Shown here in pieces: positions 19,489 through 29,722 of a DNA stretch of 64,000 nucleotides. The notes below the pieces were generated by a model that searched no databases, was not told where the DNA came from, and saw nothing but the letters and a program-made list of their open reading frames with translations. The number at the start of each line of letters is the position of its first letter. The stretch's first letter is position 1. The translations under genes were made by a program, and so were the position numbers. Location: contig JANXAJ010000002.1 of the NCBI GenBank assembly GCA_025062295.1, positions 39,967 through 103,966 on the forward strand, read 5' to 3'. The DNA comes from Bacteroidia bacterium. GTDB lineage: Bacteria > Bacteroidota > Bacteroidia > SpSt-205.

Positions 19489-22400
19489 ATGCAGTCACAT
19501 AAGTTACTCCTGCTACTTTTCACAGGTTGGATGGCTGGTCAAAGCTGGTGTGGGACGCTCATGCCACCCCCTCTTCCCCCGTCGTTTTTTCATTCGCCTA
19601 GAACAGGTGTAGCGCGAACAGGATGGCCGGATACGAGCTGTCGTCCCCATGCGCAGTATGTGGTGCCTGTAGTTTTTCATGTTATCCATTCAGGCGGAGT
19701 TGATAGTATTCCGCTCTCTGCAATAGAGACGCAAATGGAGAGGCTCTTTGAGGACATGCGTCGCATCCCCGAGACACGCGGCTTTACGCCTCACGCTACA
19801 GACATGGAGGTGGAATTTGCCCTGGCCACAAAAGACCCAAATGGGCAACCAACGACAGGCGTCGTTTACTGGCGCTATGATCAGCCGCCGCTAAGCTGGC
19901 CTGAGCCAAAGCTCTGTGTAGTAACGAACGAATTGAACATGAAAAATGCCACAGCATGGCCAAGAGATAAATATCTAAATATCTGGATCGTACCTCAGAT
20001 ATGTGAGTACTATGGGAGTAGCGATTGTGATGACTGTAATGATGCCATAGGCTATGCCTACTTCCCCTCTACAGATCCTGCCTACCTTCCCTATTTTGGC
20101 ACAGTCCAAGAGTATTCCACGATAGGTGACGAGGATGGAATCAATCCTCGGCGCAGCCGGGTATTGGTTCATGAACTTGGACATAACCTCAGCCTTGCTC
20201 ATACCTTTAATGAGGGATGTGACTCTACCTCAGATTGTGAGAATGAGGGGGATTACATTTGCGACACTCCGCCTACCGCTGAGCCTAATTATCAATTTAG
20301 GCAGCAGAATACCTGCTCTACTGATGTGCCCGACCGTCCTGACGAGACAAGGAACTACATGGACTACACCCCCTCTTATCTCATGTGTCTATTTACAGAA
20401 GGTCAAAAAGCGGCGGCGACTTGGTGGCTCTCACACCCCAACTCCTACTATGCACCTTTGACCCAGTCCAGTAATCTCCAAGCCACGGGTACGGGACCTT
20501 ATGGGCGAGTCCGTGTGCGGTTTTGGGCAGAAAGCCATCGAGTTCTCGTAGGAACGCCTGTCCGATTCCACGCAGTAACAGAGGGACAGCCCCACCTCTA
20601 CATTTGGGACTTCAGCGGCGGCATAGCAGATGATCCGTCCTCTCCCTGCCCTACAGTTACCTTTCCAGCTGCAGGAGTGTATAGCGTGCAGCTTATCGCT
20701 GAAAATCTTAGCGGACGCCGAGATACGGCCTTCAAAGCAAATTACATCGTGGTTGAGGATGCTATTCTGAGTCTCCCTTATACAGAAGACTGGGAAGGAG
20801 GCATACCTCCCCACATCACTATAGAGAACTTAGATGCCGGCTATCCTTTGAGTCGGACATGGGAGACTTACCCAGCAGGAGCTTATGGACTCTCCGACAA
20901 CTGTATAAACATTAATTATCTAAATCACCCACTCTATGGAGAGCGAGATTACTTGACCACCCCAGCTTTCCAAATGCCAGAAGCAACCACCCATCGGGCT
21001 TTTCTCATCTTCTCTGTAAGCTATACTTGCTTAGATTGGAGTGATGCGAATTCGTTCCTCCTTCGGTATGGTGATACGCTTCGGGTTTGGGTTTCACCCG
21101 ATGGAGGGGGACATTGGGAGCTTCTGTATGAGAAAGGCGGAATAGACCTCAGCACCTTTCCTAATGGATGCAGGTCTTACTATGGCAATCTAAATGGCGC
21201 AGACCTACCCCCCCTCCATTGGCGAACCGATACAATTCCCCTTACGAACTATTTAGGATTAGCAGGGGTTCGGTTCCGATTTGAGGCTGTAGCCGGCGGA
21301 GGGGGAAGAATATTCATAGATGATATTCGGATAGAGAAAGTGCTACTTGGCGAGCGTATAGAGGACCCTTATGAACTCACACCACTTCTTTTCTCAAATC
21401 CACAGACTCATGGCACCTACCAGCATTGGCATTATAGCCTCGTAGATTCCACCCGAAACCGCTCTAATGATCATGCTCTCAATACAGGTCCTGATCTCGT
21501 ATGGCGACTCATTTTGCCCGAGTGTTTGGATAGCCTTATCCTGCACTTTGCCTACAAAGATGAAGGACAGGATGGTATCATACCGCACAATCATAAGGTA
21601 TTTATCATCAATACCACAAGCAGCGATACAATAGAACTCCTTGAAAATTCATACGACAGTTATATGCATGCTTGGGCGCAGGCTCGGAACTGGGTGGTGG
21701 GCTTTGCGGATCGCGGCCCTGGCACTGCCTACATCTCTGGAAGCGAGCATTCTATGAAGCACCGACAAGGAACTGGACTTGGATCCGAAGCTCCCTTTCT
21801 TGACAGCCTGCGACTCGCCTCAGGTGATACCCTTTACATAATTTACACTCATGACAATAGTGTGGCAGAGGGCGTGGATAGCTTTTATCTAGAGATTCAT
21901 GCTCTTAAGAACCTTGTGCCCACCTCACTTTCTCCATTCGTAGAAGTTACTCCCACCTCTGAGGGAGATGGGTGTATGGGAGACTCTATTCAGGTAAGTT
22001 ATACTCTTTCTATGCATGGAGGTGTAGGTGTTGAGAGATACTTAATAGAAATGAATGAGCTCTATAACAATGTAGTCGTAGGGCAAACAGCATGGGAAAG
22101 TTTTACCCCTACAGGGACATTGAAGCGCAGACCTGTTTCTCGTAGCGGTTCTACTTTGAATCAAGGGTATCTTGCTTATACTCAGCAGTGGAAAGTGCGA
22201 GGTCGCCTTATTCATTCACGGTATTCTACATGCTATGACACCTCAGCTACTACCGAGGTAGAGGTTGGATTGGACCTTCCGGTTCGTCCAATTCCTCGGA
22301 TTCGGCATCAAAATACCAGTTATGGCAATGGAGCGGTCCTTACGCTTTCCCAAGGGCAGAATGTTACTTTTACTGCTATTGAACGTGAGGGAATTGCTCC

Positions 22401-22824
22401 AGCCATTCTTAGCCATACCTGGTATCTCAATGGGTCACTTGTAGGCACAGCTCCGACCCTAACCATAAATGTGCCGCGTGATACTTCTAACCTTGAACTC
22501 ACGATCCTCAATACCTCTCGGAGTGCTCCTCAGTGCGATTCAACTATTCGGATAAGGCTTATTCTTCCCTTCTCTACCTCTTTGCCTGAGAGAGGTATAG
22601 TGCCCCTCGTGCGCACCGAAAATGGTCGCCCTGGGGTATGGATTACCCTTCCTCTTCCTGGAGTTTATCAGATCAAGATTTACGATCGCATAGGTAGACT
22701 GTGCCTTGAGAGCCGCTCACGAGGAGGAGAGGAGACCTTCTATCCTCTTCCAGCGGGACTTTATTTACTTGTGATTGAAGGCGAGCACTCCTTCTATAGA
22801 CGCCCTTTGCTGATAGCATACTAA
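19489..22824 (+). CDS. Secreted M43 (pappalysin/ulilysin-like) zinc metalloprotease with PKD and accessory domains and T9SS-type CTD
   Basis: Signal peptide, CGT cysteine switch, PVVFHVIH, YLNIW, GYAYFP, HELGHNLSLAHTF, DxICDTPP, NYMDY Met-turn, PKD (WDFSGG), C-terminal IYDxxGR...LPAGLYLL. Confidence 0.88.
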   Translation: MQSHKLLLLLFTGWMAGQSWCGTLMPPPLPPSFFHSPRTGVARTGWPDTSCRPHAQYVVPVVFHVIHSGGVDSIPLSAIETQMERLFEDMRRIPETRGFTPHATDMEVEFALATKDPNGQPTTGVVYWRYDQPPLSWPEPKLCVVTNELNMKNATAWPRDKYLNIWIVPQICEYYGSSDCDDCNDAIGYAYFPSTDPAYLPYFGTVQEYSTIGDEDGINPRRSRVLVHELGHNLSLAHTFNEGCDSTSDCENEGDYICDTPPTAEPNYQFRQQNTCSTDVPDRPDETRNYMDYTPSYLMCLFTEGQKAAATWWLSHPNSYYAPLTQSSNLQATGTGPYGRVRVRFWAESHRVLVGTPVRFHAVTEGQPHLYIWDFSGGIADDPSSPCPTVTFPAAGVYSVQLIAENLSGRRDTAFKANYIVVEDAILSLPYTEDWEGGIPPHITIENLDAGYPLSRTWETYPAGAYGLSDNCININYLNHPLYGERDYLTTPAFQMPEATTHRAFLIFSVSYTCLDWSDANSFLLRYGDTLRVWVSPDGGGHWELLYEKGGIDLSTFPNGCRSYYGNLNGADLPPLHWRTDTIPLTNYLGLAGVRFRFEAVAGGGGRIFIDDIRIEKVLLGERIEDPYELTPLLFSNPQTHGTYQHWHYSLVDSTRNRSNDHALNTGPDLVWRLILPECLDSLILHFAYKDEGQDGIIPHNHKVFIINTTSSDTIELLENSYDSYMHAWAQARNWVVGFADRGPGTAYISGSEHSMKHRQGTGLGSEAPFLDSLRLASGDTLYIIYTHDNSVAEGVDSFYLEIHALKNLVPTSLSPFVEVTPTSEGDGCMGDSIQVSYTLSMHGGVGVERYLIEMNELYNNVVVGQTAWESFTPTGTLKRRPVSRSGSTLNQGYLAYTQQWKVRGRLIHSRYSTCYDTSATTEVEVGLDLPVRPIPRIRHQNTSYGNGAVLTLSQGQNVTFTAIEREGIAPAILSHTWYLNGSLVGTAPTLTINVPRDTSNLELTILNTSRSAPQCDSTIRIRLILPFSTSLPERGIVPLVRTENGRPGVWITLPLPGVYQIKIYDRIGRLCLESRSRGGEETFYPLPAGLYLLVIEGEHSFYRRPLLIAY

Positions 22825-22952
22825 GCCAAAGGGTAGAGTTACAGCTTGACTCCCTCAAAGCAAGACCCTGCCTATAGGGACTGCCGCTGCTTCAAGCCGT
22901 ATGACACTACGAGACCACTGCTAGTCAAGTTCAATTTTCCCAAAATGCTATG

Positions 22953-22985
22953 AAAAAGCACCAGTCCTACTTGAGGACCGGTGCT
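22953..22985 (-). terminator. Rho-independent terminator of the TonB receptor/porin unit
   Basis: Minus strand AGCACCGGTCCT-CAAGT-AGGACTGGTGCT followed by a T-run. Confidence 0.7.
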
Positions 22986-23014
22986 GATCAATTGTTCCCT
23001 TCTTTATCTCTTAT

Positions 23015-23785
23015 TTAGAACCAGAAGATAAGCTGAAGCTGAAGGCTGCTCAGACGAGCTTTGAGGTCCTTGTATGGCTGAAGGTCGCGATAGGTAACCC
23101 CATTCACAGTCTCAGTAAACTTGAAGTCTTTATTGAAGAAGTTGATGAGACCGTGATTGTAAAGGAATGTAACATCTATGATTCCAATGCCTTCCAAATC
23201 TATATCCACTCCTGCCCCAGCGCTAGCCTGTGCTAAAAAGGTTGAGAAGTGCTCGGTTACACGGGCTCGGTCTTGATCTATGAAGTTGGCCGAGATGAGA
23301 CGCTTGTCGGAATTCGTGCTGGAGCCTACGCGCAGATCCGCTTGGCCGCCCAACACACCCTTGATGTGGAGAGGAGTAGGACCGATTGCATTGGTACGAA
23401 GCTTGATAAAGAGAGGAACGTTCAGAAGGGTCGCTCTATAGGTTACATTCTGAGCAGAGGTCAAGCCCGTCGCAGAAAGGGTCAGAACACTGTCGCCAGC
23501 GGCCTTGATCCCATAGTCAGGACGATACTCCACCTTTCCGCCTCCCGTTCCTACTCCCACCCCTAAAAGGAGGGAGACATTGTCAGAGAAGCCAAAGCTT
23601 AACATCAATCCCCCTGCAAAGCCAAAAACCCCTGCCCCCTCAAGATTACGGACGGTCCTGCCAGCAGAATCTAATCCAAAAAAGCCTAGGGCAGGTGAGG
23701 CACGAAGCCCAAACTTGACACCTTCTTGAGCATACATTACGCCCCCAAGGGCGACTCCTAAAAAGGTTACTCTTAAGGCTCGCAT
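23015..23785 (-). CDS. Outer-membrane beta-barrel (PorT/porin family) protein
   Basis: Signal peptide, KFGLR, LNVPLFIKLRT, alternating beta strands, terminal F; ATG 23785 lies 8 nt after TACCTTTG (23794-23801). Confidence 0.75.
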   Translation of the reverse strand: MRALRVTFLGVALGGVMYAQEGVKFGLRASPALGFFGLDSAGRTVRNLEGAGVFGFAGGLMLSFGFSDNVSLLLGVGVGTGGGKVEYRPDYGIKAAGDSVLTLSATGLTSAQNVTYRATLLNVPLFIKLRTNAIGPTPLHIKGVLGGQADLRVGSSTNSDKRLISANFIDQDRARVTEHFSTFLAQASAGAGVDIDLEGIGIIDVTFLYNHGLINFFNKDFKFTETVNGVTYRDLQPYKDLKARLSSLQLQLIFWF

Positions 23786-23816
23786 ACTGAAGGCAAAGGT
23801 ATGAAAGTTCATTTGA

Positions 23817-26225
23817 TTAGAGGCGTACAATAGTTTGCACAGCAAAGCTGCGTTGCTCATTCAATGTTCCTGGCAAAGTGGTATAGATACGATTGAAAGC
23901 ATTAAAAATATGAAGCGACCATCGTACCTTCCCCACCTCATACGCTATGATAAAGTCCCACACGGTATAAGGTTTAGAGGCATAATCTCTGTAGAATGCT
24001 TCCAATCCTCCCAAGCGATTGCTGCTAAGAGTGCCCAGAAGAAAGAAGAGCTTATCCACATTTGTGATTCCACTGCTATATCGGAAGTTCGTGGTGAATG
24101 AGACAGGACCGTACCCTACTTCAAGTATGGCGCGGAGAATCTGTTTGTTCCGATACTTAAGCGTATAGGGAATGTCGCGAGCGATATTATAGAGAGAGTC
24201 CCCTGGCTGGGGGAAACTCAATGCTGCCTGAAAGACAGCAAGGGCCCCATTATTATTGTTCATCGTATCAAGGGCTCGGCTTCCGTCTGGATTGATAGGG
24301 TCTATAATCGTGAGACCCCCTGTGAGGTTAGCAAAAAACTTATTCTTTTCGTATCGCAGGCCCCATAAGGGCTCTAGGCCTTGAACGATAGCTCGGGAGA
24401 GATTGATAGCAGAGAAAGGAAGGGCTGTACCCCCTAAGCGGAGAAAGGCTTCCGAGTTTATTTGAAACTCTACCATATCCTTGAACTCCATGCGAAACGC
24501 CGAGATATCTATGAACCCTTTGAAGGTTTCTCCAATTTTGAGATACTGGCGAAGCCCTACTTCAGCACTATAGCCTCGTTCTATTTTGACATCGGGATTG
24601 GGCAGGACAAGGATGCCTCCAGCACCCGTAGCAGTGAAGCGTTCGGCTACCGAAGGACTTCGCAGACCTTGACCAAGCGAGGCTCGTAGAATTGTACCCG
24701 TGAAAGGAGTAAAAGTGATGCCTCCTCGGAAAACTGGCTCTCGAATGGTTACAATCTCTACATATGCGGGATTGGCACCTTTCTTGAAGCCTTCTTGGGC
24801 AAGCTGAAAGGTTGTATCTCCTCGAATGTCTTCATATTGATAGCGTACTCCCACACTAATATGAAATTTCCATACATCTAACTCTGCCTGAGCAAAAGCA
24901 GCGGCTTGGCGTCCCCGAGCGCGTCCGAAAACCTCTTTTGCATAGACCCTGTTTTCGGTATAGTTCCCTCCTATGACTACTTTACCCCACTGGCGAAGGT
25001 TGTGAATATACTGATAGTCGTAGTAGTGTAAGGTGGCTCCACCTGATTGGGGGGTACTAAGATCGTTCACTGTCTGATAATGGCGCCCTCGTAGCCAATG
25101 GCGATGTCCCTTAGGGGTCAAGTAGGAGATAAAAGGATCCACCATATACCGCTGAAGGAGCTGATAGGTGAGAAAGCCATCCCCAGGTAGATTGGCTCGG
25201 TCGGGGAAACTATCCCAAGCGATATAAGTAGCACTAGAATCTATGTTCGCTTGCAGATTGACCCCGTACTGGAGCCCTTCCAAGAAAGGGGCATTATGCT
25301 TGATAGAGACCCAGGTTCTAGCCCTGTTGGAAAACCCCTCTCGTCTGAATCCCGTATCCCGAATGAGATCAAGCAGAGCAGCTACCTCCCAATTTCCGAC
25401 GCGTTGCGCATGAACAACATGAGCAGCTGTTACAGTGGCAGAACTGCGTCCATCCCAGTCGCCAACAGGCGCACGAGGTGCGTCATAAATCTGATGCTGA
25501 AGCCGAACTACAGTCCGAGGCTCAAACTTCACATCCTCCGAAACCACATTAATAATCCCTCCCAAGGCACCTGTCCCATACAGTACAGAAGAAGCCCCTT
25601 TGACAATCTCTATTTGTTTGACATTATCCACAGGAATTAGATCAAACTGCGTGCTCAGGCGGTCTGGACTCATCATGGGCAGTCCATCTAAGAGAAGGAG
25701 AACCCGAGACCCAGCCCCATAGGTATATCCACTGCTTCCTCGGATACTAGGCTGATCTTTATTAGTGGAGACGCCAGGCGTCTGTTCAAGAGCTTTGATA
25801 GGATCAATAGAAGCTAAATTCTCTACCTGACGAGGACGCACAAAATCCATGGATACCGAGACCTGTTCTATCTTCTGCTCATACCGAGCGGCTGAAACCA
25901 CGACCTCCTCTATGAGGGTACTTTTCGGAGGAAGAGGAAAATCCACAACAACCTCATCCCGGTCGGGAGGAATGCGCAGTACAAGGGTCTTATCTTCGTA
26001 TCCCTCATACGAGACTTGAATCTTGACGGTAGCTGAACGGTCAACTTGAGCCTGAAATCGCCCCTCTAAGTCGGTCAAAGCTCCTGCCTGTCCGTCAGCT
26101 ATGATAACCTTAGCCCCAATGAGCGGCTCCCGTGTGGCTTCATCAATAACTCGTCCCCGAATCGTTACCTTCTGAGCAAAGAGTGGGGAAAGCCCCATAG
26201 TCAAGAGAAAAGCGAGATACTTCAT
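23817..26225 (-). CDS. TonB-dependent receptor
   Basis: N-terminal GRVID..TREPLIGA domain, EEVVVSA TonB-box-like, plug (IRGS, LLDG, QIEIVKGASSVLYGTGALGGIINV), barrel with NPD..E and terminal NxFN. Confidence 0.92.
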   Translation of the reverse strand: MKYLAFLLTMGLSPLFAQKVTIRGRVIDEATREPLIGAKVIIADGQAGALTDLEGRFQAQVDRSATVKIQVSYEGYEDKTLVLRIPPDRDEVVVDFPLPPKSTLIEEVVVSAARYEQKIEQVSVSMDFVRPRQVENLASIDPIKALEQTPGVSTNKDQPSIRGSSGYTYGAGSRVLLLLDGLPMMSPDRLSTQFDLIPVDNVKQIEIVKGASSVLYGTGALGGIINVVSEDVKFEPRTVVRLQHQIYDAPRAPVGDWDGRSSATVTAAHVVHAQRVGNWEVAALLDLIRDTGFRREGFSNRARTWVSIKHNAPFLEGLQYGVNLQANIDSSATYIAWDSFPDRANLPGDGFLTYQLLQRYMVDPFISYLTPKGHRHWLRGRHYQTVNDLSTPQSGGATLHYYDYQYIHNLRQWGKVVIGGNYTENRVYAKEVFGRARGRQAAAFAQAELDVWKFHISVGVRYQYEDIRGDTTFQLAQEGFKKGANPAYVEIVTIREPVFRGGITFTPFTGTILRASLGQGLRSPSVAERFTATGAGGILVLPNPDVKIERGYSAEVGLRQYLKIGETFKGFIDISAFRMEFKDMVEFQINSEAFLRLGGTALPFSAINLSRAIVQGLEPLWGLRYEKNKFFANLTGGLTIIDPINPDGSRALDTMNNNNGALAVFQAALSFPQPGDSLYNIARDIPYTLKYRNKQILRAILEVGYGPVSFTTNFRYSSGITNVDKLFFLLGTLSSNRLGGLEAFYRDYASKPYTVWDFIIAYEVGKVRWSLHIFNAFNRIYTTLPGTLNEQRSFAVQTIVRL

Positions 26226-26249
26226 CTCTGCGAATATAAAGAGTAGTAG

Positions 26250-26852
26250 TTATTGCCACTGGCGAAGGTAAGCGACCAGGCTAGCAAGCTGCGACTCTGA
26301 AAGATAGGGATGAGCAGGCATAACCCCTCGCCCTGCTAAAATGACCGCTCGCCAGTAATTAGTGTCGGGATTTTGTATCGGGTGAAGGGTGGCTGACTTT
26401 CGGTAGTGTGCTCGTCCATCAGCCCCATGACATCGCTGACATAAGGTCTGGTAGAGTTTTTCTCCCTCTGCCACCGAGGCTGTCTGAAAGGCTATATGTT
26501 CTACTTGCTTCTGAGGAGAGCGAAGCCGTAAGTCTCGCTGGAGAGATACCCCATACACATATGCCAGCAAGAGAAAGGCGGCAATAGAGAATCGTTTGTC
26601 TTGACGACGACTGCCTATGAGGGCCAATCCGATCGCTACCAGCGTCAGCACATACTTCACAATGTAGGGCGTATCCCAAGCATTAGGAGCCTTGAGAAGA
26701 AGATAAAGTCCCGTCAGAAGAAGCAGAGAATCCAGCACCATATGAACCTTGCGCAGTCGCTGTGCCCACTGCCTAAATACAACTGGCGCTCCCACCAAGA
26801 CAAGCAAGAGCACAGCCAGCAGGTGATGAGTATGAAGAATACCCGTATCCAT
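26250..26852 (-). CDS. SirB2-like 4-TM domain fused to a C-terminal class I cytochrome c
   Basis: HTH in TM1, H..D.LLLLTGxYL, KY in TM3; C-terminal GxxLYxxxCQRCHG...GxMP heme c motif. Confidence 0.8.
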   Translation of the reverse strand: MDTGILHTHHLLAVLLLVLVGAPVVFRQWAQRLRKVHMVLDSLLLLTGLYLLLKAPNAWDTPYIVKYVLTLVAIGLALIGSRRQDKRFSIAAFLLLAYVYGVSLQRDLRLRSPQKQVEHIAFQTASVAEGEKLYQTLCQRCHGADGRAHYRKSATLHPIQNPDTNYWRAVILAGRGVMPAHPYLSESQLASLVAYLRQWQ

Positions 26853-26870
26853 GCCTTCAAAGTAAGACTT

Positions 26871-28766
26871 TCATAGCGATAAAGTCCATATCAAAAAGAG
26901 CAGTCCGCCAAGGATAAGATAAGTCAAATACGCTGGAAGTGAGCCCACCTGAGGTTGAACAAGGGCTTTTCCTAAGCGTTCCAAGCTCTGCGCTAATCCT
27001 TGGGGAAGAAGGCGTCCTACCCATACACCCCACACATCTTTCGCAAGATCTGCAAGCACATAGTATGGCTGAATGAAAGCCCTTTCGTAAAGGGCATCAA
27101 CCCGCAGTTGAGCTTCAAGAAGGTGATGAAGCTGACCAAGAGAGGCAGAGAGCCTCTCCTCTGCTTCTATGCCGCCTCGTCCAAAGAGCCACCAAGCCGC
27201 GCCTAATCCCCCAATCCCTGCCCCTACTGAAAGAAATATGAGAAAAGTTTCGGCTGAGTGGGTCAAAGAAGGGAGGGAGAGTTCCTTTACGCTCTGGGAA
27301 AGCCAGTGCTCTCGCAGCCAAGAAGAGCCAAATAGGGGAGAAAGGCTTACAAACCCTGCTCCAATTGATCCAATTCCTAACAGAAGAAGGGGTAAAGTCA
27401 TAACAGCAGGACTTTCATGAGGAGCAGCTTCTCCTCGGTACTTTCCCTCAAATACTAGCCAGCTTAGCCTGCCCATATAAAAAGCTGTGAGAAAAGCAGT
27501 AATCAGAAGTATCACCCAATACACAAGATAAGCACCTTCGCCTCCAGTGCCCCGCGCATAAAGAGCGTGGAGGATTTCGTCCTTTGAGAAAAATCCCGCA
27601 AGAGGAGGAAGACCTGCAATGGCGAGGGTACCCATCCAAAAAGTCCACCCCGTCAAAGGCATATAGGAACGCAATCCTCCCATTTGCCGAATGTCCTGCG
27701 TCCCTATAGCATGAATCACACTCCCACTTCCCAGAAAGAGAAGGGCTTTGAAGAAAGCATGAGTGAAAACGTGGAAGATGGCAGCTGTGTATGCACCAGC
27801 GCCTGCTGCAGCAAACATGAAACCAAGCTGTGAAACGGTGGAGTAAGCAAGGATCCGCTTGATGTCATATTGTCGAGTGGCGATGAGAGCAGCCAAAAGG
27901 GCTGTCAGAGCTCCTATCCCTGTCATGAGTCCCAGTGCCTCGGGTGCGCTATTGTAAAGAAAATCCATTCGGGCTGTCAAATAAACTCCGGCTGTTACCA
28001 TCGTAGCTGCGTGGATGAGTGCGGAGACAGGAGTGGGGCCCGCCATCGCATCTGGCAGCCAAGTGTAGAGAGGGATTTGAGCCGACTTTCCCGTAGCAGC
28101 CAGAAAGAAGAGAAGTCCAACTCCCACTGCTACATCACCAGAATAAATATATCCTTTCAGCTGATCAATATCAAAGGTGCCAGTTTCTGCATAGAGCCAT
28201 ATCATTCCCGCTAAAAGTCCCAGGTCTCCAATTCGATTCATAATGAAAGCTTTCTGAGCGGCTTGGGCATTAGCTGAGTCTTGAAACCAGTAGCCAATCA
28301 GAAAGTAAGAGCATGCACCAACACCCTCCCAGCCAAGAAAAAGAAGCGGCAACGAATCTGCTAGCACCAGGACTAGCATCGCAAAGATGAAGAGATTAAG
28401 GAAGGCGAAGTAGCGCCATGCTCCTTCCTCCTCTCCCATGTATCCGATAGAGTAAAGATGAATGAGTGCCCCTACTCCTGTAACAATAAGGCACATCCAC
28501 AAGCTGAGGGTGTCTATTTGGAAGCGTAGAGGGACTTGAACGGCCTCGGTCGCTATCCAACTCCATCCCTCCACATAAAAGGGAGTTTGATACTGAAGGA
28601 AAGCGATACCGAAAAGGATGAAAGATGAACCGACTAGTGCGGTAGCAATACTGCCTATAAGGAAGCGCTGAGCCCGGAGAGAAGGAGCCCACAAGGCCCC
28701 TATTCCTAAGATTGCCGCACCTACAGCTGGCAGGGTCAGTGCTAAAGGCAGAAGCTGATTCACCAT
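26871..28766 (-). CDS. nuoL: NADH-quinone oxidoreductase subunit L
   Basis: IHLYSIGYM, GWEGVG, NRIGD, GKSAQIPLYTWLPDAMAGPTPVSALIHAATMV, HAFFKALLFL; start trimmed to MVNQLL. Confidence 0.95.
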   Translation of the reverse strand: MVNQLLPLALTLPAVGAAILGIGALWAPSLRAQRFLIGSIATALVGSSFILFGIAFLQYQTPFYVEGWSWIATEAVQVPLRFQIDTLSLWMCLIVTGVGALIHLYSIGYMGEEEGAWRYFAFLNLFIFAMLVLVLADSLPLLFLGWEGVGACSYFLIGYWFQDSANAQAAQKAFIMNRIGDLGLLAGMIWLYAETGTFDIDQLKGYIYSGDVAVGVGLLFFLAATGKSAQIPLYTWLPDAMAGPTPVSALIHAATMVTAGVYLTARMDFLYNSAPEALGLMTGIGALTALLAALIATRQYDIKRILAYSTVSQLGFMFAAAGAGAYTAAIFHVFTHAFFKALLFLGSGSVIHAIGTQDIRQMGGLRSYMPLTGWTFWMGTLAIAGLPPLAGFFSKDEILHALYARGTGGEGAYLVYWVILLITAFLTAFYMGRLSWLVFEGKYRGEAAPHESPAVMTLPLLLLGIGSIGAGFVSLSPLFGSSWLREHWLSQSVKELSLPSLTHSAETFLIFLSVGAGIGGLGAAWWLFGRGGIEAEERLSASLGQLHHLLEAQLRVDALYERAFIQPYYVLADLAKDVWGVWVGRLLPQGLAQSLERLGKALVQPQVGSLPAYLTYLILGGLLFLIWTLSL

Positions 28767-29068
28767 CGGAGAGCGCTCAGATTTGTATAGCCGAGGTCTT
28801 GATGAGCTCGAAAGGTGCGCACTATAAGACCCAAACCAATCACAGCCTCTACAGCGGCAAGGCAAATCCCAAAAAGCACAAATACAGCCCCTGTCGGCTC
28901 ATTGTGATAACGAGAGAAAGCTAAGAAGTTTAGGTTTGCTGCATTGAGCATCAGCTCCACGCAAAGGAAGGCTAAAAGAAGATTCCTTCTCAAAAGAAGT
29001 CCTAAAAGTCCCAAACTGAAGAGAGCAGCGGCTAAAGTCAGAGAAAAATATAAAATCTCTGGTCTCAT
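28760..29068 (-). CDS. nuoK: NADH-quinone oxidoreductase subunit K
   Basis: RRN, ELMLNAANL, AAxEAxIGL. Confidence 0.93.
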   Translation of the reverse strand: MRPEILYFSLTLAAALFSLGLLGLLLRRNLLLAFLCVELMLNAANLNFLAFSRYHNEPTGAVFVLFGICLAAVEAVIGLGLIVRTFRAHQDLGYTNLSALRW

Positions 29069-29589
29069 GGCTCTGATCGTTTTTGGACGAGCACGGATGC
29101 CCCTATTAGCCCCACAATTAGAGTGATAGAGAGCAGCTCAAAAGGAAAAGCGTAGGCGGTAAAAAGCACTTTACCGATAGAAGGGAGGGTGCCGAAGAGG
29201 TACTGATCAGGAGAAGCACCTCGAGCTTCAGCTGGGTCCGGGAGGTCCAGAATCGCTGTCAGGGCCTGAGTCAGCACAAGCATCCAGGCAGCAGCCAGCG
29301 CTATCGCTCCATACAGATTGAGACCCCGAGGTAAGGGTGGAATATCTGCTGGCATGAGATTCACAAGCATTACCACGAAGAGAAAAGTAACAAGGACAGC
29401 TCCTGCATAGACAATAATCTGAATAGCCCCGATGTATTCTGCTCCTAAGATAAAATAGATCCCTGCTAAGCCTAACATGGCTTTGACTAAAGAAAGGACA
29501 GCATAAATAGGGTCTCGTAACATGACAGCTAAGCTTCCCCCAACTAAAGCTACAAGTGCAAAAATCCCGAGGGCAACAAGAGTGAGCAC
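29065..29589 (-). CDS. nuoJ: NADH-quinone oxidoreductase subunit J
   Basis: PIYAVLSL, LGAEY..AIQIIVYAGAV.V.FLFVVML, PFELLS; GTG 29589 chosen since the longer ORF runs through a tRNA. Confidence 0.92.
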   Translation of the reverse strand: MLTLVALGIFALVALVGGSLAVMLRDPIYAVLSLVKAMLGLAGIYFILGAEYIGAIQIIVYAGAVLVTFLFVVMLVNLMPADIPPLPRGLNLYGAIALAAAWMLVLTQALTAILDLPDPAEARGASPDQYLFGTLPSIGKVLFTAYAFPFELLSITLIVGLIGASVLVQKRSEP

Positions 29590-29593
29590 GAGA

Positions 29594-29623
29594 CAAACAT
29601 ACCTCAAAAAACCCGTACTTTTG
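29594..29623. promoter_or_regulatory. Back-to-back -7 boxes for nuoJ (TATGTTTG, minus, 29594-29601) and tRNA-Lys (TACTTTTG, plus, 29616-29623)
   Basis: Two exact TAnnTTTG on opposite strands 14 nt apart, each 4 nt from its gene. Confidence 0.7.
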
Positions 29624-29627
29624 TTTT

Positions 29628-29702
29628 GTCCCCATAGCTCAGCGGTAGAGCAGCGGATTCTTAATCCGCGGGTCGCAGGTTCGAATCCTGCTGGGGACAC
29701 CA
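29628..29702 (+). tRNA. tRNA-Lys (CTT)
   Basis: GTCCCCA/TGGGGAC acceptor, GCGGA-TT CTT AA-TCCGC anticodon arm, GGTTCGAATCC, encoded CCA. Confidence 0.95.
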
Positions 29703-29722
29703 TATTCTTGTTTTATCTTGTT

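Noticed and set aside
29522-29722. Long N-terminal extensions of porU and nuoJ in the ORF track
   Set aside because: They read through tRNA-Lys and the divergent promoters; family-like N-termini begin at 29723 and 29589
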